The position numbers were made by a program, and so were the translations under genes. Below the pieces are notes generated by a model, which was given only the letters and a program-made list of their open reading frames with translations, was not told the origin of the DNA and searched no databases. This document shows positions 39,531 through 48,120 of a stretch of 64,000 nt of DNA, piece after piece; the stretch's first letter is position 1; the number at the start of each line of letters is the position of its first letter. The stretch covers positions 124,001-188,000 of IMG/VR virus record IMGVR_UViG_3300042261_002385. The stretch is one strand, 5' to 3'.

Positions 39531-39861
39531 CTAGTTTTCCTATTCTCCAATCTCTTACATTAATCTTGAAGTCCTCAAAAGAATGAGATTGTGACATTAT
39601 TTCTATTTTAGTATTTATTTCTTCTATTAAGTCTTTTAATTCCGAATCTCTTACTCTACCCCATCCATCATAAACACAAACTATTTCGTCTCTTTTAGAT
39701 GCGACAAACCACATAGTTGCGTTTTTATAGATATCTAAATATTGTTGAGTTTGTTGGACATACTCAATTCCCGATTGACGAGTTTTACCATCAACGTTAA
39801 TATAAACTACAAATATAGGATTGTTTAGGTCTAGCTCTTGATTTTTTTGAGATTGAAACAT
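39514..39861 (-). CDS. Hypothetical protein
   Basis: 115 aa; ends VRDWRIGKLV; TTAGTATATA promoter variant upstream. Confidence 0.55.
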   Translation of the reverse strand: MFQSQKNQELDLNNPIFVVYINVDGKTRQSGIEYVQQTQQYLDIYKNATMWFVASKRDEIVCVYDGWGRVRDSELKDLIEEINTKIEIMSQSHSFEDFKINVRDWRIGKLVDEKE

Positions 39862-39897
39862 AAGTTTTCTCTTTTATATACTAAAAAAGAAAAAAAG

Positions 39898-40377
39898 TTA
39901 ATCTAGATATCTTACGTCTTTATGTGGGTCTTTAGATTGACCAGAATGTGTCCATAGTCTAGCAAATGGTGTAGTGAAAAAATTGTTATAAATTAATGTA
40001 TCATCTATATGTAGGTTTATTCCCATCTCTTTACAATATTCACCTTTGACTTTGTCCCAGTCTTCTGGATTAAATTTTCTTTGAACTGTGCCATCAGGAA
40101 ACTGAATTTTTCCAGTCTGTTCAGCTCCAATGCTTTTTAAATAGTCATATACTGAAAATTTGTGCGTCCATTTAATACCAAAGTCATTTAATTGTTTTTC
40201 AAATTCACTATCCCAACGACCACCTGTAATAATATGGACTTCACCTCCTGAGTTTACAAAAGATTGTGTAAGAAATGCGAAGAACTCTGGCATTCCATCA
40301 ATAACACCGTGAACATCAAGTCCAATTTTAAATTTAGAACCTAATTCTTCATTTACCATATTAGTAAATTTTTTCAT
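39898..40377 (-). CDS. HAD-superfamily phosphatase (nucleotidase-like)
   Basis: IGLDVHGVID (motif I, DxH variant), K..YC, LHIDD (motif IV); N-term MKKFTNMVNEE; TTTAATATATA at 40384-40394. Confidence 0.7.
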   Translation of the reverse strand: MKKFTNMVNEELGSKFKIGLDVHGVIDGMPEFFAFLTQSFVNSGGEVHIITGGRWDSEFEKQLNDFGIKWTHKFSVYDYLKSIGAEQTGKIQFPDGTVQRKFNPEDWDKVKGEYCKEMGINLHIDDTLIYNNFFTTPFARLWTHSGQSKDPHKDVRYLD

Positions 40378-40396
40378 AGAAAGTATATATTAAATA

Positions 40397-40789
40397 TTAA
40401 AAATATCTTCTTAAAACCTTATTCAGCTTAGCTTCTCTTATTTCATCAGGTTCAAGTGACAATTCAGTATATTCAATAAATATAGTAAAAATTAAACCAG
40501 GTAAAAAGAAAAATAAAAAACTTATCAAGTATCCTAAAAAAATTGATACTATCACATTTAAACTTAAATAACTATCAACTAAATAGATAGAAAAAAAATT
40601 GATAGAAGTAAATAACAAAGAAAATAATACTAGATATTTTTTTTCAGATTTTGCAAAATCATCACTGTAAATTGAAAAGAAGATACCTGCAAAAGAACCA
40701 AAAGATGCTAATGCTGATAAAGATAGAGCTGATATCAAAAGATTTTTAAAGCTTTTTCTGAAAATCTTTTGCATTTTATAAAAGAACAT
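40397..40789 (-). CDS. Membrane protein (about 3 TM helices)
   Basis: Hydrophobic stretches; ends EIREAKLNKVLRRYF. Confidence 0.6.
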   Translation of the reverse strand: MFFYKMQKIFRKSFKNLLISALSLSALASFGSFAGIFFSIYSDDFAKSEKKYLVLFSLLFTSINFFSIYLVDSYLSLNVIVSIFLGYLISFLFFFLPGLIFTIFIEYTELSLEPDEIREAKLNKVLRRYF

Positions 40790-40793
40790 TAAT

Positions 40794-41420
40794 TCAATTA
40801 TTTTTTTCTAAGAATGTCTTAGTGTAGACATCTTTTATAGCTTGAACACCATTTGGTTTAATTTCTCGAGTTCCTATTCCAGCAAAATTTTGATATAGTA
40901 TTTTTGGACAATTACACTCAACATATGACAATGAAGAATAAGACCACCTAAACCATTTGTCTCTCATTTGGTCAAAAACATAAACTTCTTTTTGATTATT
41001 TATAGCCATTTGACAAGCGTATCCGGTTCCACCGTCTACCATATCATATTTTCCTTTATTGTAATATCCTTTTGGATTCTTTTCACCTTTTTTTACAATT
41101 GAACCAATTGCGATTACTTGTTCAGAATACTTTACTTGTGCCCAATTACGAGCAAGTAGATTCATATATTTATGAATACCATATCGATTTAACCATTTAT
41201 TTGCCCTATTTACCTCAACAACGCCTTCTTTATAATCATCTTCTGATATTTCAACTTTATTATCCGAGACGTGATAAGATGTTTTGTAAGAGTAAGCACG
41301 AGTTTTGACTCCAAATTCTTTTCCAATATTTTCCCATTCAGTGTCTGAACCAACAGCACCTCCGGAATGACAAACAATATTTGTCAAATCTAACTTTTTG
41401 TTATCAAAAATATCAATCAT
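40794..41420 (-). CDS. SLOG-superfamily (DprA/YspA-like) nucleotide-binding protein
   Basis: CHSGGAVGSDTEW, VDGGTGYACQMA, FAGIGTR. Confidence 0.65.
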   Translation of the reverse strand: MIDIFDNKKLDLTNIVCHSGGAVGSDTEWENIGKEFGVKTRAYSYKTSYHVSDNKVEISEDDYKEGVVEVNRANKWLNRYGIHKYMNLLARNWAQVKYSEQVIAIGSIVKKGEKNPKGYYNKGKYDMVDGGTGYACQMAINNQKEVYVFDQMRDKWFRWSYSSLSYVECNCPKILYQNFAGIGTREIKPNGVQAIKDVYTKTFLEKNN

Positions 41421-41673
41421 CTAACAATTCTCTTAGTAAAAATTCTCTGTTAAGTTCAGTATTTTTGTCGAAAATGACACTAATTTGTGAAAAAACTCTT
41501 CCTTCAAAATAAGTATTTGATACAGTGATTTTATATTTTGAATTAAGATAAAATGGATTAACATACTTTATAAGTAACATTCTTGCATTGTCTATATTAG
41601 TTACAACTTCCGGAAAGGTGTATGTTTTTAAAATCTGTTCTTTATTTTCTAAATATAAATTTACCTCTGTCAT
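41413..41673 (-). CDS. Hypothetical protein
   Basis: 86 aa; ends LNREFLLRELLDD. Confidence 0.5.
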   Translation of the reverse strand: MTEVNLYLENKEQILKTYTFPEVVTNIDNARMLLIKYVNPFYLNSKYKITVSNTYFEGRVFSQISVIFDKNTELNREFLLRELLDD

Positions 41674-41858
41674 ACACCTAAATTTTTTTTATATATTCTT
41701 TTTATTTTCAAAACTCTACTTTGTATTTTAAAAAACTTATTTTTTTTATTTATCATTTCATCATAAAGAGAAATACTTACACCACCCATACCATAAGAAG
41801 AGTTTATTTGCATCTTTAACAACATCAATTCATTCCTTAGTTTATTCATGATGGTCAA
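41670..41858 (-). CDS. Hypothetical protein
   Basis: 62 aa; ends SRVLKIKRIYKK. Confidence 0.5.
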   Translation of the reverse strand: MTIMNKLRNELMLLKMQINSSYGMGGVSISLYDEMINKKNKFFKIQSRVLKIKRIYKKNLGV

Positions 41859-42441
41859 TTTGATGAATTTCTCTTTTTTCCATAATTCTCATAATATCTC
41901 CTATATTAAAAGGTCGATATTCTCCAAAAATTCTATAAGCTACATCTACTCCGACATCCATAGAACGACCGTAATCAGGAATTGAACCGTGACTGTGTCC
42001 ATAAAGATGAATTACTCCTTTGTGACTTCCATTCCAAACTCTATGTGAATAGTGTGAAAGGAATAACTCAGTTTTTCCTAAACTAAGATGTAAAACATCT
42101 TGAACAGATGAAAAAAGGTCGATGGGATTAAAAGTAGTGTCGTGAAATTTTACTTCTTTGTCAACAATATGTTGGTCGTGATTTCCTAAAATAAGATGTA
42201 TATTCTGACAAACAATTGAGTCTCTGAACAATTTGATATTATGTATGCCTCCAAAACTCCAGTCTCCTAAATGATAAAGTATATCGTCTTCTTTTACATA
42301 GCGGTTGATACCATCAACTAAAGCTTGGTTCATTTCCCAAACAGAATTAAAGTTTCGATAACCTCTTTGCCAACGAGAAACACCGGGTCCGGCTATATTT
42401 GTATGGCCATAGTGAGTGTCTGATGTTATCCATATATTCAT
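41842..42441 (-). CDS. Calcineurin-like metallophosphoesterase
   Basis: SDTHYGH, HLGDW, LILGNHD, SHY, HLYGHSH; TATATTTG box at 42446-42453, 4 nt before ATG. Confidence 0.88.
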   Translation of the reverse strand: MNIWITSDTHYGHTNIAGPGVSRWQRGYRNFNSVWEMNQALVDGINRYVKEDDILYHLGDWSFGGIHNIKLFRDSIVCQNIHLILGNHDQHIVDKEVKFHDTTFNPIDLFSSVQDVLHLSLGKTELFLSHYSHRVWNGSHKGVIHLYGHSHGSIPDYGRSMDVGVDVAYRIFGEYRPFNIGDIMRIMEKREIHQIDHHE

Positions 42442-42514
42442 AAGACAAATATAGTTATTTTTTTAGAACTTTAATAATGTCAATATATAAAATATAAAAA
42501 TTATTAATCACTTA

Positions 42515-43387
42515 ATGAAAAAACTCTCTTCTCAAGTCGGTAACACTCCTCTTTTAAAAATCTCAGATAGAATATTTGCAAAATTTGAAGGTCAAAATCC
42601 TTCTGGTTCAGTGAAAGACAGAATGGCATCTTATATTATAAATGACGCCGAAGAAAGGGGATTAATAAAAAAAGGTGATACAATTATTGAAGCTACTTCT
42701 GGAAACTCTGGTATTGCTTTTGCTTTTTTGGCTTCCGAAAGAGGATATAAGTGTATTATTGTTATGCCAAGAAATATGTCAGAAGAAAGAAAACAAATGT
42801 TAAGACTATATGGGGCAGAATTAATCGAAGTTGAAGATGGTAAATTTGATGAAGCAATTGCACTCAGAGATAGATTAGCTGAAGAAAACGGATACTTCAA
42901 TCCAAATCAATTTCACAACCCACTCAATATAGAAGCTCATATAAAAGGAACAGGAGTTGAGATTTTATATCAACATACAAACACTATTTTAGCTTTTGTT
43001 GATGGAACAGGAACAGGTGGAACTCTTATGGGAACTACAAGACTTTTAAAAATGTATCATCCAAATATGCACGTTGTAGCAGTAGAACCAGCAGAATCTC
43101 CAGTAATGTCTGGTGGAGAACCTGGTTTACACGGAATTCAAGGAATCGGAGATGGTTCTAAATTTATGGTCGATTTGAAAGAAGTTGATGACATTATTGT
43201 TATATCTACAGAAGAAGCCATTCAAAGAGCAAAAAGACTTGCTACTGAACAAGGTCTATTTGTTGGAATAAGTTCTGGGGCTAACATCTTAGCGTCTGAA
43301 AGATTTTTAGAAAAGAACAGTCACTTAGAAGGTAATATCATAACTATTCTTTGTGATAGAGGTGAGAGATATCTTTCTTGTTTTTAA
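42515..43387 (+). CDS. cysK: Cysteine synthase (PLP-dependent, CysK/CysM family)
   Basis: VGNTPL, AKFEGQNPSGSVKDR (PLP Lys), EATSGNSGI, GTGTGGT, HGIQGIG, GLFVGISSGAN, DRGERYLS. Confidence 0.93.
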   Translation: MKKLSSQVGNTPLLKISDRIFAKFEGQNPSGSVKDRMASYIINDAEERGLIKKGDTIIEATSGNSGIAFAFLASERGYKCIIVMPRNMSEERKQMLRLYGAELIEVEDGKFDEAIALRDRLAEENGYFNPNQFHNPLNIEAHIKGTGVEILYQHTNTILAFVDGTGTGGTLMGTTRLLKMYHPNMHVVAVEPAESPVMSGGEPGLHGIQGIGDGSKFMVDLKEVDDIIVISTEEAIQRAKRLATEQGLFVGISSGANILASERFLEKNSHLEGNIITILCDRGERYLSCF

Positions 43388-43427
43388 TTTTTTAAAATTA
43401 ATATATATCTAAAACTTATTGATAATA

Positions 43428-43952
43428 ATGAGATATTTACAACTATTTGAAAACTTTGACGATAATAAGCCAGTAATCGATGCTCTTAAAACTATCCTAA
43501 GATGCATTAATAGTGGAAAAAAAATATCATCTGAAATAAATGGCGGTAAGTTAATGGACTTACACGATAAGTGTGAAGATCCGCAAGTGCAAGAATTTTT
43601 AGTGAAAGCAGCTGAAGTAGCAGGAGAAGAAATTCAAGGAACTATTATTGATTTAAATTTTGAATTTGATAAAAATGAATTAGAAGGTTTAATTAGAATA
43701 TTAGAGGCGAATCCAGAAAAAGATGAAGATTCTAATTTTAAAATCGAAAGATTTACAAAATTAACAAATGAGTCTTTACACAATTTTCATCATATATCCG
43801 AAGAAGAGTTAAATCTATTTTCTCAAGTTCCAGCCCTCGAAGAACTAATTACTAAAATGAAAGTTAGACTTGAAAAAGATGGTATACATTTCGATGAAAA
43901 CGATTTAGAGACTGTAGAAATTCTTAAGTCACAAGGAATAATCACTGAATAA
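43428..43952 (+). CDS. Putative internal head protein (CTS-like; start revised to 43428)
   Basis: MRYLQLFENF; second internal copy KIERFTKLTNES; ATTAATATATA at 43397-43407. Confidence 0.55.
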   Translation: MRYLQLFENFDDNKPVIDALKTILRCINSGKKISSEINGGKLMDLHDKCEDPQVQEFLVKAAEVAGEEIQGTIIDLNFEFDKNELEGLIRILEANPEKDEDSNFKIERFTKLTNESLHNFHHISEEELNLFSQVPALEELITKMKVRLEKDGIHFDENDLETVEILKSQGIITE

Positions 43953-44646
43953 AAGATTTTAGACTATCCCAAAGTATTCTAAAAACATCATCTATCTGAT
44001 CATATCTAATTTTAATTAGATTAATAAAATTCTCTTCAGAGAATATTTCTTTCTTTTTATCTAATTCTTTGAATTTATCAAAAGTCTTTACACCACCGAT
44101 TTCACTTATCGGTTCAAAATGGTGTCTACCTAAAAAATCAACACAAATAATATATTTAGGTAGATAAAAACTGAAACCATTCCAATTTTCAATATATTCT
44201 ACATTCCATTTATTTAGAAAATCTTGGATCTCTTTTTTTCCGACTAAATCTGATTGAGTAATTTTATCTAAAATAATTGACTCTTCATTTTGTCGAAATT
44301 CAGGTGCTTTTCCTTCTAAGTGACTTGTGGGCCTTTGTTCATATACGACTCCATTATAAACAATTTTAATATTATTTAAAGCACCTGTATATTGAGTCAA
44401 TGAGTAATCATATTTTTCTCCCCAAACTTTTTTAGATTCTTTTATAAACTCTTCAGTTGTTTTTTTATCAATTTTTTTCTCTGGGCATCTTCCAGATAAA
44501 TGCTTGGAAACATTTTGATTATAAACTACACCATCAAGCTCAATTTGAACTTGCTCTGTAAGCGTAATTTTATCAGGTAAGTTAGGATAATTATACTTAT
44601 ATCCGTGTTTATTTCTAGCCTTTTCTAAGAAATCTCGTTTTTTCAC
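43942..44646 (-). CDS. Homing-endonuclease-like protein (DUF723-type repeats plus Vsr/PD-(D/E)xK-like domain), possibly inactive
   Basis: FLEKARNKHGYKYNY and EEFIKESKKVWGEKYDYSLTQY repeats; FSFYLPKYIICVDFLGRHHF where FDFYLP...IEYDG.QH is expected. Confidence 0.6.
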   Translation of the reverse strand: MKKRDFLEKARNKHGYKYNYPNLPDKITLTEQVQIELDGVVYNQNVSKHLSGRCPEKKIDKKTTEEFIKESKKVWGEKYDYSLTQYTGALNNIKIVYNGVVYEQRPTSHLEGKAPEFRQNEESIILDKITQSDLVGKKEIQDFLNKWNVEYIENWNGFSFYLPKYIICVDFLGRHHFEPISEIGGVKTFDKFKELDKKKEIFSEENFINLIKIRYDQIDDVFRILWDSLKSFIQ

Positions 44647-44752
44647 ATATTATATATAAAAAATCCTCACCCTCTTTCAAGATTTTTTTTATTTTTATTG
44701 AAAGGGGGTGTTATTAATTTAATATATAAAAATAAAAAAATAGAATTTAATT

Positions 44753-45973
44753 ATGGCTAAAAAACAAGAATCGGGCAAAAAATTTGAATTCTCTAAGATT
44801 GGAAATATTATGAACAACATTGCTAAAAATGTTCCAATTATTATTGATGACAAAATCAAAGAAAAAAGTTTTATCTCTACAGGAGTTTATTTATTAGATG
44901 CTGCATTATCAGCTAAATTACTCGGAGGTGGAATTCAATCAAACAGAATCACTGTATTCGCAGGTGAGTCTGGAACAGGTAAATCATTCTTAGCATACTC
45001 AGTTGCTAAACACGCACAAAAAGCAGGATATGGTATCGTCTATATCGACACAGAATATTCAGTAGAATTAGGAGAAATTAATAAATTTGGAATTGACGCA
45101 TCACCTGAAAAATTCATTTTAGTTCGTTCAAATAAAGTAGAAGATATCAATATTACATTGAGTCAATTATTAGACGAATTGAAAGAAGCTAAATTATCAG
45201 GTCAAGAAGTTCAACCACTTATGATTGTATTAGATTCAATTGGACAGATGGCTTCTAATAAAGAAAAGGCTGACTTACTTAAAGGAGATATTAAACAGGA
45301 TATGACTAAAGCTAAAGCAATTGGTTCACTATTCCGTTCAATTAATACAGACTTAGGATTCTTAGAAATTCCTATGGTGGTTTGTAACCATACTTACTTG
45401 ACTCAGGATTTATTTCCACAAGAAGTACTAAAAGGTGGTCGTTCATTAGTTTACTCAGCATCTGTAATTGGTATGATGTCTAAATCAAAACTTAAGACAG
45501 GAGAGGAAGATGATATGGACTTAGGTCAATCTGGTATTAATGTTCTCTTCAAGACAGCTAAAAATCGTTTAGCGAAACCTAAGAAAATTAGATTTGATAT
45601 CTCTTTTAATCATGGTATGAATCCTTATACAGGACTTGATGCTTTCTGTCGTCCAGAATACTTTGAACAAATTGGAATTGCTCAAGGTAAAATGGACGTA
45701 GACAAGAAGACCGGAGAAATGAATTTCACACCAGGTGGAAACAGATGGTATGTAAGTCACTTAAGTAAGTCGTTTACAACTAAACAATTATTTACACAAG
45801 AAATATTTACAGAAGAGGTTCTTAAAAGAATGGAGCCTATCGTGAATGAATATTTCCGTTACAAATCTTTAGATGAAATTGAAGAGATTGAAAAACAATT
45901 TACAGAAATTGAAGAAGAAGATGATACAAACGGATTTGTAGATTCAGCAGATGCTGATGATATCTTTGGATAA
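44753..45973 (+). CDS. recA: RecA/UvsX recombinase
   Basis: ISTGVYLLDAAL, FAGESGTGKS Walker A, IDTEYS, IVLDSIG, VVCNHTY, GGRSLVYSAS (T4 UvsX-like); TTTAATATATA at 44718-44728. Confidence 0.92.
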   Translation: MAKKQESGKKFEFSKIGNIMNNIAKNVPIIIDDKIKEKSFISTGVYLLDAALSAKLLGGGIQSNRITVFAGESGTGKSFLAYSVAKHAQKAGYGIVYIDTEYSVELGEINKFGIDASPEKFILVRSNKVEDINITLSQLLDELKEAKLSGQEVQPLMIVLDSIGQMASNKEKADLLKGDIKQDMTKAKAIGSLFRSINTDLGFLEIPMVVCNHTYLTQDLFPQEVLKGGRSLVYSASVIGMMSKSKLKTGEEDDMDLGQSGINVLFKTAKNRLAKPKKIRFDISFNHGMNPYTGLDAFCRPEYFEQIGIAQGKMDVDKKTGEMNFTPGGNRWYVSHLSKSFTTKQLFTQEIFTEEVLKRMEPIVNEYFRYKSLDEIEEIEKQFTEIEEEDDTNGFVDSADADDIFG

Positions 45974-46011
45974 ACTAAACCTAATAAGGTTATAAAAAAT
46001 AAAAAGCTAAA

Positions 46012-46182
46012 ATGTCAAAACAAGAAGTTTATGAACAATTGAAAGCACTGTGGGCTGAGTTTGAAGCAAACCACAACGCAACAAGCAAAGTTTCTGATAC
46101 AAGAGCGCGTAAAGCTTTAGGTGAAATTAAGAAATTGGTTACTCCTTATAGAAACGCATCTGTTGAAGAAGCAAAAAAATAA
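46012..46182 (+). CDS. Histone H1-like (Hc1-family) small DNA-binding protein (not in ORF track)
   Basis: MSKQEVYEQLKALWAEFEANHNATSKVSDTRARKALGEIKKLVTPYRNASVEEAKK*; the RARKA..E..KL...YR..S signature matches Bacteroidota Hc1-type proteins. Confidence 0.72.
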   Translation: MSKQEVYEQLKALWAEFEANHNATSKVSDTRARKALGEIKKLVTPYRNASVEEAKK

Positions 46183-46192
46183 TTTTCAATAA

Positions 46193-46411
46193 ATGAAATA
46201 CAAGATTAAAGAGATTCTTTCAGAAAGAAATGTTAATGTTGATAACTTTCCAATTGAGACCCTATATAAAGTAGGAATGGACAATGTGAAAGAAAACATT
46301 GAGTTTTATTTTGATAAGACTTATACTTGTGAATCAGTTATAAAGGAATTATTTATTCGAGGTATAATTAATTATATCCAGAAAAAGAGTTTTCCTTATT
46401 TAGAAAAATAA
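46193..46411 (+). CDS. Hypothetical protein
   Basis: 72 aa ORF following the Hc1-like gene. Confidence 0.5.
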   Translation: MKYKIKEILSERNVNVDNFPIETLYKVGMDNVKENIEFYFDKTYTCESVIKELFIRGIINYIQKKSFPYLEK

Positions 46412-46451
46412 GGTGGTGGAGTCGGAAGTAATTTCGAGCCTTTTTACAGTT

Positions 46452-46482
46452 AAAACCTTCAGATTATTCTGAAGGTTTTTTT
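46452..46482. terminator. Intrinsic terminator, probably bidirectional
   Basis: aaaaccttcaga-ttat-tctgaaggtttttt between convergent units. Confidence 0.8.
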
Positions 46483-46934
46483 ATTGAAATAAAATATAAT
46501 TTATAAAAAAGTATTGAGTAGAAAATTATATTCAAAGTTCCATAAATTGGCCACAAATGTAATCTATGACCAAAAAAAATACTTAAAACATCAATTAAAA
46601 TTATTGAACCAACAAAGAGAGGAAAAATCCAGTAAATTTTTTTAAAACTTTTTGAAACAATATAATTGTGAAATTTATATTTCCATTTTAGATACGGATT
46701 TTGTAGTTGAGATATTTTGATTTCTCTATCACAAGATTTACAAAGAATTTTAAAGTCTTTAAGATCAAGAATCCTTGATAGTAGGACACCATCTACCAAG
46801 TCAATTTCTTCTTTACAGTTGTAACAAACTTGTCCTTTTCGAATATTCCACTCTAAGTTTTTTCTCCTATTTGAATAAAACATAAGAATAAAAAACAATA
46901 GTATTGGAAGTAAGCAATAAATTAAACTAAACAT
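46464..46934 (-). CDS. Membrane protein with Zn-finger (CYNC...CKSC)
   Basis: N-terminal TM, two CxxC, two C-terminal TM helices. Confidence 0.6.
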   Translation of the reverse strand: MFSLIYCLLPILLFFILMFYSNRRKNLEWNIRKGQVCYNCKEEIDLVDGVLLSRILDLKDFKILCKSCDREIKISQLQNPYLKWKYKFHNYIVSKSFKKIYWIFPLFVGSIILIDVLSIFFGHRLHLWPIYGTLNIIFYSILFYKLYFISIKKPSE

Positions 46935-47389
46935 TAAGCTAAAATTAATTCTAAGAATTTATCTCTTTTTTCAGATTTAGAGAGTTTTTTTATACAATCT
47001 GGACCAATTCCGGACAAAATTGAAGTTGGAACTGTCAATCGCTTACCACATTTTCCACAAAACCCTTCGTGCCAAACTTCTAAAAAATCACTTACACTGT
47101 CATTGATTAGATTCTTCAACATATAGGTAAAAACTTTTACTGATTGTGAATTTTCACTTATCGGTGATTTTTTTCCGTGTTTAAAATTTCCCTGTATACA
47201 AGTTCCAATATATGTATACTGGTCAGGACCAGTAAGAACACTCACAAAAAATAGATTAGAATCTTTAGCTTGTTTTATTTTGTAAGTAAATCTATTACTT
47301 GTTTGAGTATTCAAAAAAGTAACAACTGATTTACCAGAAAACATAAATTTGAGAGCATCTTTTGAGTTAGAAATTTTGTGACCGTTCAT
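46934..47389 (-). CDS. DUF6011-like Zn-ribbon protein (start revised to 47389)
   Basis: CGKCGKRLTVPTSILSGIGPDC; TTTG-N19-TATATTTG promoter at 47407-47437 lies within the longer ORF call. Confidence 0.65.
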   Translation of the reverse strand: MNGHKISNSKDALKFMFSGKSVVTFLNTQTSNRFTYKIKQAKDSNLFFVSVLTGPDQYTYIGTCIQGNFKHGKKSPISENSQSVKVFTYMLKNLINDSVSDFLEVWHEGFCGKCGKRLTVPTSILSGIGPDCIKKLSKSEKRDKFLELILA

Positions 47390-47406
47390 AGTGGAATTAT
47401 TTACTA

Positions 47407-47437
47407 CAAATATAATATAAATAAACGTCAAATCAAA
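47407..47437 (-). promoter_or_regulatory. Bacteroidota-type primary-sigma promoter
   Basis: TTTG-N19-TATATTTG. Confidence 0.6.
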
Positions 47438-47445
47438 ATTTGCAT

Positions 47446-47473
47446 AAAAAAACCGAGATTAAATCTCGGTCTA
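47446..47473 (-). terminator. Intrinsic terminator
   Basis: On - strand: accgagatt-ta-aatctcggt-ttttt (small loop) after ORF 47476-48036. Confidence 0.75.
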
Positions 47474-47475
47474 AA

Positions 47476-48036
47476 TTATTCAGAATATCTTTCTTTATGA
47501 AGCTCTTCAATTTTTTGAATTTCTTCTTCAGTCAATTTATCCCATATTGAACTTAATGACTCTTTAACGCCTTCTAAGCTGTCCCACTCACACTGATAAC
47601 CAATCTCTTCCCAGAAGTATTCTGTATCAGTCTCAATCATATATTCCCAGTAGGTCATTTCTTCTCTTGCTATTTCTTCACCATCGTTCCATCTAGTAAT
47701 TCCAGCAAAGTCCATGCCTCTTTCAGAATATTCACATTCAAGAGAAACTTCAAAATCTTTAGATATTTTTTGCCAAAGTCCTTCAGTTGGTGACCAAGCA
47801 GAATAACCTTCAATAAACATCATTGAGTCTCCTTCATAATATTCAATGTTAGAAAAAACAGTCCATTTTGAACCCCAGTCTTCAACGTCTTCACAAGATT
47901 CAAAAAGTATATTGTAGTTATCAGCATGAAGAGAACCTTTAGTTTCAATTTCTTCACATTTTAAAGATTGGTTTAATTTTGTAAGATTTTCTGGTTCTCC
48001 AGTAATTCTTACTTTGTAGTCACAGTCATTTGCCAT
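47476..48036 (-). CDS. YubB/DUF1281 ferredoxin-like domain protein
   Basis: WGSKW, YSAWSP, YSERGMDFAG. Confidence 0.65.
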   Translation of the reverse strand: MANDCDYKVRITGEPENLTKLNQSLKCEEIETKGSLHADNYNILFESCEDVEDWGSKWTVFSNIEYYEGDSMMFIEGYSAWSPTEGLWQKISKDFEVSLECEYSERGMDFAGITRWNDGEEIAREEMTYWEYMIETDTEYFWEEIGYQCEWDSLEGVKESLSSIWDKLTEEEIQKIEELHKERYSE

Positions 48037-48120
48037 AATTTATAAGATTTAGATATTTTCTATCATATAACTTATGATATGGAAAGTTTAATATATACAA
48101 TAATAAAAATAATTTTAATT

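Noticed and set aside
44753-45973. Intein or intron in recA or other core genes
   Set aside because: Lengths and motif spacing are normal; no splicing motifs seen.
46412-46440. GC-richer stretch ggtggtggagtcggaagtaatttcgagcc as a possible tRNA or ncRNA remnant
   Set aside because: Only a weak short hairpin; no cloverleaf could be built.
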